A DNA stretch of 64,000 nucleotides from Felis catus. Taxonomy: Eukaryota. The position numbers and the translations under genes were made by a program. The notes under the pieces were generated by a model. It was not told the DNA's origin. It worked only from the letters and a program-made list of their open reading frames with translations, and ran no database searches. This document shows, in pieces, positions 39,317 through 51,324 of this stretch. Position 1 is the stretch's first letter, and each line of letters starts with the position of its first letter. Where the stretch lies: assembly GCF_018350175.1 (NCBI RefSeq), contig NC_058368.1, positions 136,898,001-136,962,000 of the forward strand, in the 5' to 3' direction.

Positions 39317-41253
39317 TTTTTTTAAATTAAATTAAATTTAATTTAATTTAGTCCTCATATGAGTGAAGTCATATGATATTTGTCTTTCTCTGACTAATTT
39401 CGCCAGCATGATACCTTCTAGCAGCATCCACGTAGTTGCAAATGGCAAGATTTCATTCTTTTTGATCGCTGAGTAATACTCCAATGTATATATACACACC
39501 ACATCTTCTTTATCCATTCATCCATCGATGGACATTTGGGCTCTTTCCATACTTTGGCTATTGTTGATAGTGCTGCTATACACATTGGGGTTCATGTGCC
39601 CCTTCAAAACAGCACACCTGTTTCGCTTGGATAAATACCTAGTAGTCCAATTGCTAGGTCATAGGGTAGTTCTATTTTTAGTTTTTTGAGGAACCTCCAT
39701 ACTGTTTTTCAGAGTGGCTGCACCAGCTTGCATTCCCACCAACAATGCAAAAGAGATCCTCTCTCTTCACATCCTTGCCAACATCTGTTGTTGCCTGAGT
39801 TATTTTTTTTTTTAATTTTTTTTTCCAACGTTTTTATTTATTTTTGGGACAGAGAGAGACAGAGCATGAATGGGGGAGGGGCAGAGAGAGAGGGAGACAC
39901 AGAATCGGAAACAGGCTCCAGGCTCTGAGCCATCAGCCCAGAGCCTGACGCGGGGCTCGAACTCACGGACCGCGAAATCGTGACCTGGCTGAAGTCGGAC
40001 GCTTAACCGACTGCGCCACCCAGCCGCCCCAATGTTGCCTGAGTTATTAATGTAAGCCATTCTGACAGGTGTGAGGTTGTATCTCCCTGTGTTTTGATTT
40101 GTATTTCCCTGATGATGAGTGATATTGAGCATTTTTCTATGTGTCGGTTGGCCATCTGGATGTCTTCTTTGGAGAAGTGTCTGTTCATGTCTTTTGCCCA
40201 TTTCTTCACCGGATTATTTGTTTTTTGGGTGTTGAGTTTGATAAGTTCTCTATAGATTTTGGATACTAAACCTGTATCTGATATGTCGTTTGCAAATATC
40301 TTCTCCCATTCCATCAGTTGCCTTTTAGTTTGCTGATTGTTTCCTTTGCTGTGCAGAAGCTTTTATTTTGATGAGGTCCCAATAGTTCATTTTTGTTTTG
40401 GTTTCCCTTGCCTCTGGAGATGTGTTGAGTAAGAAGTTGCTGCGACCTATATCAAAGAAGTTTTGCCTGCTTTCTCCTCGAGGATTTTGATGGCTTCCTG
40501 TTTTGCATTTAGGTCTTTCATCCATTTTGAGTTTATTTTTGTGTATGGTGTAAGAAAGTGGTCCAGGTTCATTCTTCTGCATGTTGCTGTCCAGTTTTCC
40601 CAGCACCACTTGCTGAAGAGACTGTCTTTATTCCATCAGATATTCTTTCCTGCTTTGTCAAAGATTACTTGGCCATACATTTGTGGGTCCATTTCTGGAT
40701 TCTCTATTCTGTTCCATTGATTTGAGTGCCTGTTTTTGTTCCAGTACCATACTGTCTTGATGATTACAGCTTTGTAATACAACTTGAAGTCCAGGATTGT
40801 GATGCCTCTTGCTTTGGTTTTCTTTTTCAAGATTGCTTTGGCTACACGGGGTCTTTTCTGGTTCCGTACAAATTTTAAGATTGTTTAAGATTGTTTAAGA
40901 TTTGTTCTAGCTCTGTGAAGAATGCTGGTGTTATTTTGATAGGGATTGCATTGAATATGTAGATTTCTTTGGCTAGTATTGACATTTTAACAATATTTGT
41001 TCTTCCTATCCAGGAGCATGGACTATTTTTTCATTTTTTGTGTCTTCAATTTCTTTCATAAGCTGTCTATAGTTTTTAGTGTATAGATTTTTTGCCTTTT
41101 TGGTTACATTAGGTATTTGGTTAGGTATTTGGTTAGGTATTTTATGGTTTTTGGTGCAATTGTAAATAGGATCGATTCCTTGATTTCTTTCTGTTGCTTC
41201 ATTATTGGTGTATAGGAATGCAACCGATTTTTGTGCATTGATTTTATACCCTG
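39317..41253 (-). mobile_element. 5'-truncated carnivore L1 (disrupted ORF2 3' part) lacking a 3' UTR
   Basis: ORF2 peptides in minus ORFs 40636-40830 and 40003-40314; 12-bp TSD cacagttgtctt at 39305-39316 and 41254-41265. Confidence 0.96.
39805..40030 (-). mobile_element. Young CpG-rich felid SINEC inserted in the L1
   Basis: Perfect 16-bp TSD tgttgcctgagttatt at 39789-39804 and 40033-40048. Confidence 0.97.
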
Positions 41254-41510
41254 CACAGTTGTCTTAAATGTTAAATTGCTATATAGTTAAAGTACCTGAT
41301 GTGTTATGGTGAGGATGAAATAAAATAGTGCATGTAAGGTATTAATAGAGAACTTGGTAGTGAGCACTTAATATATGTAAGTAGGCACTTAATGATGTAA
41401 TAAATGTGAAATGTAATAACCTATGTGCTACCTTTCTCCCCTAAACATAAGCTTCTGGCAGGGAGGGATCATGTCTATTCTTCTTGAGGTCATAGTAGAA
41501 GCTTAATAAA

Positions 41511-41752
41511 GGGCACCTGGATGGCTCAGTTGGTTAAGCATCCGACTTTTGATCTCAGCTCAGGTCATGATCTTATGGTTTGTGGGATTGCGCCCCACGT
41601 CAGGCTCTGCGCTGACAGCGTGGAGCCTGCTTGGGATTCTCCCTCTCTCACTCTCTCTCTCTCTCTCTGTCTCTCTCTGCCCCTCCCCTGCGTGCACACA
41701 TGCTTTCTCCCTCTCAAAATAAATAAACTTTAAAAAATGTGTAAAAAAAACA
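41511..41752 (+). mobile_element. CAN-SINE
   Basis: TSD aagct(t/c)aataaa on both sides. Confidence 0.93.
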
Positions 41753-42574
41753 AAGCTCAATAAATGTGTGTCAATTCAACTGACTGGTTATATGATACTC
41801 ACATAAGCCCTTAATTAGTCTTTTGTCAGTAGCAACAATCATGGCTACTTTGTTTCAAAACTGTGGAATTATGTAGATAATATAAAGTATGTCTTGTAAT
41901 AGCTTTATACTTAATTTTCTGTATTTTGAATCCACCTTCTCATAAAATAACAGTGATTCCTATCTGTGATTTTGATTAAATCTTCACAAATATGCAAATA
42001 ATTTTATTGTTGAAAACTAAAGAAATTTAAACTCTGATTGCTTTAATACTTCTGTGTGAACACATAAAAGAAATCTCACTGATTATAAACCTGAATGGAA
42101 GGAGACATTGATACCAAAACTTAAGAGAAGGTTAAAATATTTTCCTTTTTATTTTTGGGTACAAATGTGTCAATGATCCTGGAATTCTCATTGTTTCAAA
42201 TAAAGTGAGGTCATTGTGAAAAGATTTGGTTTGGGAGAGCTGAGTCATACTTTTTTATCCTATCCTATCAAACTGCTCCCCAATCTTTACCCCGTCAGAA
42301 AAATTGGCGATTGCACCCCTCAAACTGATGGAAAGCGAACATAAGCAACACTTTCTGTCTCAAAGCTGCCCCTTTTCTGCATCCTACTTCCTTGATGTTG
42401 ACCTAGAATCTTTACTTACAGATTTTAACTGAAAAAGACGTTAATAGATTTAGACTGCTATTGGCAGATTGCCCAGTAAAATTAAGTTGATAATGTTAAC
42501 AAGAATGTTAGTGCAAATTTTGCTAATGATGACTCACACTCATGATATTGTAGGAGTTCATAACCTGGCCTTTC

Positions 42575-43029
42575 GTAAAAAAAAAAAAAAAAAAATCCAA
42601 TGACACTTATTCAAGATGGTGAGGCAGACTTTATTTAGTACCACTAGGTGTAGGGACCACTTTGATAGAATTTTGCAGTGGGGGAGAGAGATTGGATTCA
42701 ACTTTGAATACCCCATGGGCAAGTGGGAATTTATAGCCAAGGAATTGAGTGGGAATCAGTGTTTGGAAAATTACTTAGAGGAAACATCAGGGGTCGGGCA
42801 TTTTGGCTAAACCAACCTAACAGAATCCTTACTGAAGACAGACCAGGGTGATGGGACATGGCCTGAAGGATGGAGAGGGATGATCAGATATCCAGGGTAG
42901 GAGGTTCTGGTTAAACTGACTCAGCAGGGTTCTTGCTAAGACAGGATTTTACAGGGAAGTGCAAAGATAGGGTCTAGGAGAAGGTTCAGGAGCCTGACTC
43001 ACATATGGTCAAGCAAAGAATCTTTGTCA
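42575..43029 (-). mobile_element. MER31-like solo LTR (ERV1)
   Basis: Minus strand begins TGACAAAGATTCT...CAGGCTCCTGAACCTTCTCCTAG and contains GGCTATAAATTCCCACTTGCCCATG (TATA) and AATAAAGTCTGCC, matching recalled MER31. Confidence 0.85.
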
Positions 43030-43119
43030 GTTCCCTAATCTCTATGGGTTCTGGTGGGTCCCCGAATGAAGCATTCAAAACACAAGCTCTAATGGTCCAT
43101 CCCCACATGAAATTTTCAG

Positions 43120-44170
43120 CCACCTGGGGAGAGACAATAAACAAGTAATTATAGAGTATAGTAAGTAGTAAAATGGCACAAACAGGAAGCTGTAAAGGAA
43201 AATAAGGAGGGACCACTGTGGTAAAGCCTACAGGAGAGACATTTTGAGGAGGCTTTGAGTAGAGGAAAGAAAAGGTGCTGGTTAAGGGAACAAGCAGAGA
43301 GTGAGCTCCCAGGCAGAGGAGAGCAGTGCAAAGCACTGAGGCAGGATGAGCCTGGTGTGGTTTCTGAAGCTGGGGAAAGCCTGTGTGGCTGGAGTGCAGG
43401 GGGGACGATGCCAAACGCTGAAGTGGAGAGCGAGCCAGACCGGTGTTTTATTCGACATACAGTGGTAAACCAGTGACGAGTTTGTCAACCAGGTTGGGGT
43501 TAGACCTGGTTTGCCTCTTATTTGTTTACTTGTTTGTTTTCCCATACAAATAGATGTTTCTAAAATGTCAATCACAAAAGCACCAGGATCAGATGGTTTA
43601 ACAGGCAGATTCTATCATTCTTTTATTATTATTATTATTATTCATTATTATTACCCTTGGTTTTTTCTTAAGTTCTTATTCAAATTCCAGTTAGTTAACA
43701 TACATGTAATATTAGTTTCAGGTGTACAGTATAGTGATTCAACACTTCCATACATCACCTGATGCTCATCATAAGTGCACCCCTTATTCTCCATCACCTA
43801 TTTCACCCATCCCCATCCCGTCCCCGCTGGTAACCATCAGTCTGTTCTCTACAGTTAAGACCATCAGTTTGTTCTCTACAGTTAAGAGTCTGTTTCTTTG
43901 TTTGTCTCTCCCTCTCTCTTTTTCCCCCTTTGCTTGTTTGTTTTGTTTCTTAAATTGCACATATGAGTGAAATCATACAGTATCTGTCTTTCTCTGACGG
44001 ACTTATTTCATAGCTTCTTAAAGTGATTGCTGTGCATTATACGAAGAGAACCAGTTGTAGTGGGGCCAGTACAAGAGTCAGGGAGACCAGTTAGGAGGCA
44101 TTGCAGCAGTGAGTGAGAGGTGATGGGGCTTCTGTAGGCTGATGGCAGTGGGGCCCTGAAAATGCACAAA
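43120..44170 (-). mobile_element. L2 relic split by an insertion at ~43521-44010
   Basis: gagacaataaacaagt...ccaggcagaggagagcagtgcaaagcactgagg on the left; cagggagaccagttaggaggc on the right. Confidence 0.7.
43661..44010 (-). mobile_element. Carnivore L1 (L1_Carn-like) 3' end
   Basis: ttagtttcaggtgtacagtatagtgattcaac...atatgagtgaaatcata...tgtctttctctgac; internal 27-bp duplication. Confidence 0.9.
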
Positions 44171-45526
44171 TAAATATACCTCATAGTTAAATAAATGCTT
44201 TTTAAAAATAACAAGGATTGAGTGTCTTAATGTTGATGTTGCTCCCAAGTAATGCACTAACATTATGGAACAAATAATGTCCACTTTCCACATAAATGCA
44301 TAGGATTGACTTGTAATTTTTATGTAACTTTTATTTTTATTGACTTCTCTTGCCTGGGTAGAAGGGAACACCTACACCAGCCATAACCATAGGAGCTGAG
44401 AGACAGTGACTGATTCTTCTGCCAAGCAAACTCCTGTTAGCAAAGCCTGAGTCATGCAGGCAACAGTCCATTTATATACATTTGTCTTAAAATAGGCCGG
44501 ACGGTAGAAGGAGAGAAGGAGGAAATCATACTCCCAAGTTGCCCTTACTAATATCCTTTTTGGGGCATTGGGTGCGTGATCCGTTATCAAAGATGTATCA
44601 GCTCATCCTGGGAGGATGTAGAGACTGAAGATTCTGTGTGCATCTGTGTGTGTCTCGCTACTTTAATAACCCATACGTCACCATAGTTAACTATAGACAA
44701 AACAAGTTCACAGAAATTCCATTAGTGAAAAGGTTTCAAGAGAAATGGCTTCACTTGGTGACATAAATACCACCCCCCACTACCACCACCATAGTAAACT
44801 TCATGTGCATCTAAATTGCTTGGCAGCAAATAAACAGGTTTGAAATAAATAATTTGGTCAAGTCCCTCTAGAGAAGCTACAGTCTGTAACGTAGAATGTG
44901 GGCTTGTTCTCTGGGTAATGACTTTATCACAGAAAATAGTGTTCTTTGTTTTGAGCCTCATTAGGGAAAAGAGACTCAGCACTCTGCTTCACCTCGGCCT
45001 TTAACCCCATTTCCTCTCTTGAGGCTGCAAGCTGTGGCTTGGGTGATTGACATGTTGCAGGCAGGAAGGAGGGGGACTCCTACCTGAGGCTACAACGAAA
45101 AACTGGGGTCAGCTGAGCTCTCGCTTTCCCACAGTGCAAAGCAGTCAGTCAATTTGTTTGCTTACTTACTTACAAATGACATTTTATGAATGGGGATGAA
45201 AGGAAAATGCTTACTATAAGATCATTTATTTTACAAGATTTTAAACATATCAATCAAGCATTAATCCGGGATGTAGAAGATGCTTTCCACCACCCATATG
45301 ATTCAGAAATTGGCGGTAATCGTTGAGGAAATGCTGGAAAAAATTTCAAACAATTCAGAAGCATAGAAAAAACTAAAATTCCCTTTCTCCCTTCCCACAC
45401 CTCCTCCTCCACTCAAACCAACCACTGTTACATGTGGTCCAAATCCTTTCCCATTGCTTCTAAGAACACGCAGATTTATGTGTAACAGGTAACATAGAAC
45501 TGACACATAGCATGTAGCATAGATTT

Positions 45527-45747
45527 AAAAAAATTTTTTTTTAACGTTTATTTATTTTTGAGACAGAGAGAGACAAAGCACGAACGGGGGGAGGGCCAGA
45601 GAGAGAGGGAGACACAGAATCCGAAGCAGGCTCCAGGCTCTGAGCTGTCAGCACAGAGCCCAACAGGGGGCTCTAAATCACGGACCGTGAGATCATGACC
45701 TGAGCCAAAGTCGGACACCTAACCGACCGAGCCACCCAGGCGCCCCT
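45527..45747 (-). mobile_element. CAN-SINE
   Basis: TSD tag(c/g)atagattt on both sides. Confidence 0.95.
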
Positions 45748-47514
45748 AGGATAGATTTTTAAAAATAGGGACTCTACTACATATATTGTTCTGCAAACTA
45801 TTTTTTTACTCTCAAGACACTGTACTTTAAGAGCCACTCCATACCTTTTAATGAATGGATCACTATCTTGCCAGCATCCCATTTGTAAACATTTAGAAAT
45901 TTACTTTCAAATAAGAAGTTTTCTACGTAATGGTAGGATTCTTTCTATGTAAGGGGAGAATGTATGTACCTATGCTGTCGTACAATTTTTCTCTAAATGC
46001 TGAAACCAACTGTGGATATGAACTGAGAACCATTTGAATTTACGGAAAACAGGCCCTGAGACATTTAGGAACTCGTCCAAGGTTGAGGGGCACTGAGCCG
46101 TCCGCCTCCCTCTCAGCCTGGGGTCTTTCTTTTTGAGCCAGTGAAGCAACTGTCCCCTGGGGATTAGAAGGGCACCGAGAGGGGGAAGAAGCTTTCAGTG
46201 GAGAAAATAATACAAGGAAAGGAGGCAGGAAAGTGACACAACGGGCAAGGGAAGAAGGAAGGACAAAGGGAGTTGGTGACCTTGCCAGGGGCCCCGAAGA
46301 GAAGAGGGAGACCACAGGAGATCCTTGGAACCATTTTTTCAAAGGATATTTTGTTGTCAAAATAAAATTTAAGGAAGAAACCAGAAAGCATTCACATAGG
46401 AAGGACATTGTGAAATTTGAATTAAGTCCTGGCAGATGACTCAAAGAACATTGCTGTGACTCAGATTGGAATAAAAGAGCATGATGCAAGCTTTGGGGGG
46501 GGGGGGGGGGATGATTTTTTGTGTGGTTATTTTGGGGCTTAAGCATGAAGAAGGTTAATAAAAAATGAGGTATGTTGCCTCCTGGCAACATTGCAAAGGA
46601 GGTACCAACCCTGGCTGGGTCCCCACTTTCTCATCCTCAGCTTTCTCCCACTTTGGATGGCATCCTCCACCATCTAATGCCCAATTTCTGTAGTGGGGGG
46701 GGGGGGACATGCAATTTGAGAATGAGATACAGCAAGACAAATAACAGAGTTTCCAAAAGATGTTTTTATTCACATTCTACGAGTATTAAAAGAAAGTTAA
46801 TTATTCACCTCCAACAATATTTCTCTTACTTTATACGAAGTGTTCTGGGAGATTGGAGAAAGTGAAATCCTCCCCAAGTCACATACTTCATCCTTTGTAC
46901 TGCTGGCCATGGCCTTCATGTTCTCTGCTTCCTTGTCATCAAAACTTGCTTTGAAAACAGGTCAGGATGAGCTCGGAAAAGGTACTTCTGGATCATAGAC
47001 ACAACTGTTACAGTGAGTGGGCTATCTGCATTATGTCAGGGAACGAAACCTAGGCCAAAGAATCCATCTATTTGGGGTGCAATATGAGTTGGAGGAGTGA
47101 GTACTCTGGAAGAGAAGTTGGTCTTCACAGGCTCTGATGTTTGTCTACCTCTCTGCCTGCTCCTGAGGCCAGGCCAAATAAGCATCCAGGGATGTAGCCA
47201 ATGTTTTTAGGATGGGGAGAGATTACACCGTCATTAGTCAAGTAAAATATTGGATAGATTCTTGAGTATGCAAACATATACAAATGGAGAGTTTTTCATT
47301 GTGGGTGAAGTGTGCTATTTTAAATACATTGGGCCCTCTTCATGTGACCAAGGCACAGTGAGGACATAGGAGCTCTGGTGAGGGGATCTTCAAGGCCTGA
47401 AAATAAGGACTGCCCCCAAGGAGTTTGTACAAGGATGTCACAATGGAAGTTTCAGCCTAGTTGTTTGATGTTCCAGTGAATTTCATTCTGTGCTGCCTTT
47501 CCTAAGTGGAGGAG

Positions 47515-48050
47515 GTGGGTTAGTCAGAGACTGCAGGAAACAGAAACTACTCTAGATATTTTAATCAGAATGAGGTTTATTTCAAGGAATTTGGTGGTTA
47601 GGAAATTTTAGAAGGGCTGGAGGAGTGGACTGTAGGTTAGGCCTGCAGAAGTGACTTTCAGAACAGATCCACTGAATGGGCACCCAGGGGAACTGTTGCT
47701 CTGGCCACCATCCAGAGGTGAGGCGTCAAGAAGCTGATACTAGAATATGAACCATGATGTCAAGTGCAAACCGCCGAAGCTGTGATCCAGAGATAAGGAA
47801 ACCTCTGCCATGACTGATGGAAATGCTTCTTCATGTCCGTGAAGATGATGGGTGGACACTGAAACACGGATGCAGAGGAGTGCTATCTCCACCTCTGTGG
47901 CCTTGCTCACACTGAGAGACCTCTTGCCCACCTCCCTGCTCTGTTCTGCCTTCTAAGTCTTGTTCAAGTGCCATCAATTAGCAGAACCTAATTTGTATCC
48001 AGAGCCCTAACTACAGGAGAATCCGAAAATGATTATTTTCAGTTTTGCAA
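47515..48050 (-). mobile_element. Old LTR-like relic (ERVL/MaLR, family uncertain)
   Basis: tagtcag...caggaaacagaaactactctag and gcagaacctaa...ccctaactacaggaga resemble antisense old LTRs. Confidence 0.35.
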
Positions 48051-48804
48051 TATAGGAAGCTCACAAGAAAAGAAATCAGAAATGATGCTAGGGACCAATT
48101 CACCGTGTCTGCTATAGAAGGGAGGACTAGGTGGGGGGGTCGTGTCAGGGGGGTGATTCCCATTTCCTTCAGGTGCAGGAAGGTGAGCTTTAGGGACACT
48201 ACTCAAAAAGCTAGAAATGTGTTCTTTGTGGCTTGCAGTTTCCAAGGGATGAGGGGGCGTGAATTCTGATCCCTGCCTGGGGAACCTAAAAATGAGAGGT
48301 GCTCTGACTGTAGGAACAAAGGTGATTTTGGTGCTGCATTGTGACTGGCCTGTTCTCCCAGAATTTGAGACTGAAAGGAAGAAAGTGAAAGGAAGCGTGA
48401 AGGTTTCTAATGGACATAATGGCCCCCAGTCAAGAGAAAGCTGGTGTGCAATTGACTCATGTCTGTGCAAATGGGTTGTCTGGATCAGAGGAGGAGCTTC
48501 AGCAGGAAGAGGATGGAGTTCAGCTGTGAATTCTTAGGGACTGAGCAAAGAGCCATAAGCACGGAGTAGGAGGAGAGTGTAGCAACCACATCAAGAAGGA
48601 CTCCCAAGAACTGACAAACTTTAACCCGGGGAGAAGCAATCTCTTTTTACACTGTGCCAGGCCTGGGGAGTGTGCCGAAGGCTCAGGCCAGCTTCAGATA
48701 AGTACAAATGGTCGCTTCCTTAACTCTGTTCACTCCCCATATTTATGAGTCAGAAATTAGGTGTAAGAAGGAAGGAGCAGGAGCTGCATGGGGATGAAAG
48801 CAAG

Positions 48805-49174
48805 TTCTGTGGACTAAATTGTGTCCCTCAGCTTCATTTCAAATATTGAAGCCTAACTCCCGTTGTAGCTGAATTAATGACAGAGCCTTTAAGAAAGTGC
48901 TTAGAGTTAAATGAAGTCATAAGGGTAGAGCCCTTATCCTACAGGATTAGTCCCCTTATAAGAAGAGACACCAGAGAGAACTCCCTATCCACCTGGTAAG
49001 GATACAACAAGAAGGCAATTATCTCCAACCCAGGAAGATAGTCCTCACCAGGAACTGAACTGGCAGGACCTTGATCTTGGACTTCCTAGCCTTCACACTG
49101 TGACAAATAGATGTGTGTTGTTGAAACTACCCAGTCTACAGTATTTTGTTGTGATAGCCTGAACAGACTACACA
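48805..49174 (+). mobile_element. MLT1A-like MaLR LTR
   Basis: tggactaaattgtgtccc...cccttataagaagagacaccagag...ccttgatcttggacttcc...tattttgttgtgatagcctgaacagactacaca. Confidence 0.85.
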
Positions 49175-51324
49175 GTGAGAAGCCATCCAAGCCCCTTTAT
49201 CTATCTGATTGTGACCTGCAAGCTGGAGGAAGGGAAGACTCTCAACTTTAAAATGAGTTTGGAGTTTCAGTGATCACATAAAGCTGGATATTTTGCTTAC
49301 TAAACTGAGACCATAACCTATTGCATGTTCTCAGAGAGTGAGCAGAAACATCATGGGATTGTTCTAGATATTTTTCCAGAGACTAGGGAAGAACTAGTGC
49401 AAAGAGTGAATTAAAAGAGACAGTCGGGACACGAGAGAAACCTGCTTGATGAGGACATCCCAAGAATTGTTCTTGTTTAACATCTTGATTACAAGTTAGC
49501 CTCAGAAATCAATTTATCATGTTTCATAGTCAAGATCACCCACATATCCTTAAGGAGATGGGATGACTACAGGCCTCTTAGAAATGACTATACCTGGCTG
49601 AGTGTGCCAGTCAAAATTGAATCGGCTCACCATGGAAACAAAGAAAAGAGAGTGGGAGAGCAGGCTGAGGTTATTGACACCTCTCCAAGTCCAGCACAAG
49701 GGAGGGGTCTTGGCCCAACAACCTGAAATGTTTCCATTTCCATGGCAAACTGTCCCTCTGGTGGGTGAGAGGGCATCCATCTTTCTAAGTAGAGAGATGC
49801 TCCTTAAGATTGATTAATTACCATTGTTGTGATTCCATCATCACCTTTGGGTAAATCGGTTCACCATGTAACAAGTTGAGAGAGAAAGAGAATGAGAGAG
49901 GTGCTGAGGAGGGGGTTGGGGGAAGGAGGGAGAGAGATGGTGCAGTGGGGGAAACCTAAGATTATTTCAGCTTCACGGTTGCATTTCTCACACCGGCAGT
50001 TTTGATTTTACCTGGGCTTCCCGTGGCTGGGGGTGAGAGTAGGATGCACCCATTTGCTAACACGAGTTTTTGAGTCTTTGGGATAATGTGACAATGCATG
50101 GTAAATTCACGGGTTGACATTGTGATTTGTGTATACCAGTCCCAGTGAGCTTGGTTAATGTGAGCCTGCCCCTGCAGGAGGAGTCTATTCTCAGTCTCCC
50201 AAATATCAATCAGTCAAGCAATGGATTCGTAACGTTTTAGTTTTAAGACTGTTACGCATGCACTAGTAAATTATCAAGGTAAATACCTTATGAGGAGTCT
50301 CTTGGCAACTAGCTTGCTGTACTTCTGGAGATAGGCATTATTAAAATGCTTTTCTGTTTTCAAATGTACCAATGACCTATATAAACAGAGGGAGAATTCA
50401 CACTTGTAAGCCCTCAAGGAATCCATGAAGATCATAGCATTTAAGTTGGGGTTCTTTAATGAATCACAACCTAGTTTCCTCTATTGTTCATGACTGTTTC
50501 ATGGTTGCTGAAAATGTTTGCTAAGCAAAGAATCTCACAACTTCTTACTTTAACATACTAATGTATTTGGTATGTGATAGGTAAATTGCCTCAGGTGGTC
50601 AGAGCAGAGACCAGTTATCATCGATGTGGCAATCACAATTGTGTAAATAGTCTGACAAGGAAATGTAATTTCTTTCCAGGTACCAAAAGCCAAATCAAGG
50701 AGAGTATATCCATTAGCCTCCTTTTGGCTGGTTTCTTCAGCCACTCTGGCCCTTTTCCCAAGCAGGATAATTCTCATTACTAAAATAGCACGGCTCTAAA
50801 GCAGGCCACATGATGTTTAGATGGGGTGAGGATTTGTGGCAAACATTCCTTTTACCAATGTGAAACCAGAATAGGTTAGTACCCTCTTTTTAGGAAGAAA
50901 CCTAATCTGTTGGGTAAGGGAGGACCCAGATTTTGATGAGAAAAGTTGACTCTGATGAAAGCAAAATATGTGGTCTTTTTTCACCCCTTGTCTTTAAATC
51001 TTTTAATTGACTAAACAAAATGAAACCATTCTTGCTCGCTTAGGAGTCAGCATTTCAAATATGTCAGTTTATTTAATGTTAGATTTTGAAGATGCTGACT
51101 AACATTATCAAGATCTTGTATATCCCCTAAAGGAAATTAACATACACTTTCAAGTCTAATTGTAATTTAGATTGCTCAGTTTCCAAACAAGGGACAGTGT
51201 AATGTGTTTGAATTCGCTGTCCTATGTGATCCTAGAATTTTACCGGAAATGAATGAATGCATAGCAAAGTAGTGTGGGTTTATAGGTTGAAAAGTCAATA
51301 AAGCTAAAGATAAAAACTTAGCAA

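Larger units (their letters stand above)
39210..41400 (+). mobile_element. MIR split by an L1 insertion (halves ~39210-39316 and ~41254-41400)
   Basis: ggaatcaggcagatc...cagctctgccacttaccggctgtgtgacc on the left continues as gtgaggatgaaataaaatagtgcatgtaag on the right. Confidence 0.75.

Noticed and set aside
46040..46591. 183-aa minus-strand ORF (likewise 19936-20415 and 22488-22937)
   Set aside because: Low-complexity, L2-derived or unrecognisable composition with no domain I can identify; consistent with chance ORFs.
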